Shown one piece after another: positions 63,937-64,000 of a stretch of 64,000 bases of DNA (position 1 is the first letter of the stretch; each line of letters begins with the position of its first letter). This DNA is from Octopus vulgaris (lineage: Eukaryota), in contig OX597827.1 of the NCBI GenBank assembly GCA_951406725.2, forward strand, positions 55,552,001-55,616,000. Direction: 5' to 3'. The notes beneath the pieces were generated by a model. The model saw only the letters and a program-made list of their open reading frames with translations. It had not been told where the DNA came from and ran no database searches. Both the position numbers and the translations under genes were made by a program.

Positions 63937-64000
63937 CTGCAGATAAGAGAATGCAAAGGTTTCATATATATCTCTTAGCTTCTAAGTACTTAATTTTATC

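Overview
AT-rich eukaryotic (metazoan) genomic DNA. The SINE/MITE repertoire and microsatellite density look like a coleoid cephalopod, most likely Octopus (inference). There are two minus-strand protein-coding genes. The first is a complete 10-coding-exon CHMP7 (ESCRT-II/III hybrid; 44829->11480, 1365 nt = 454 aa, all GT-AG junctions phase-compatible). The second is the 3' end of a PRC1/MAP65/Ase1-like gene (exons at 63936-63808, a candidate 33-nt GC-donor microexon at 60962-60930, 56685-56542 and 56431-56249). The rest is repeat: several SINE families, MITEs (piggyBac-, mariner- and hAT-like), decayed MULE and mariner transposases, LINE fragments, and three minisatellites that grew inside SINE copies. 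The most notable oddities are: two ~77-bp locally templated insertions inside repeats, one copying a CHMP7 splice acceptor plus exon start and one a perfect inverted copy from across the promoter; a (TA)n-associated short repeat family with a hammerhead-ribozyme-like core; and a set of fold-back (hairpin) elements in CHMP7 introns. No prokaryotic systems or CRISPR arrays are present.
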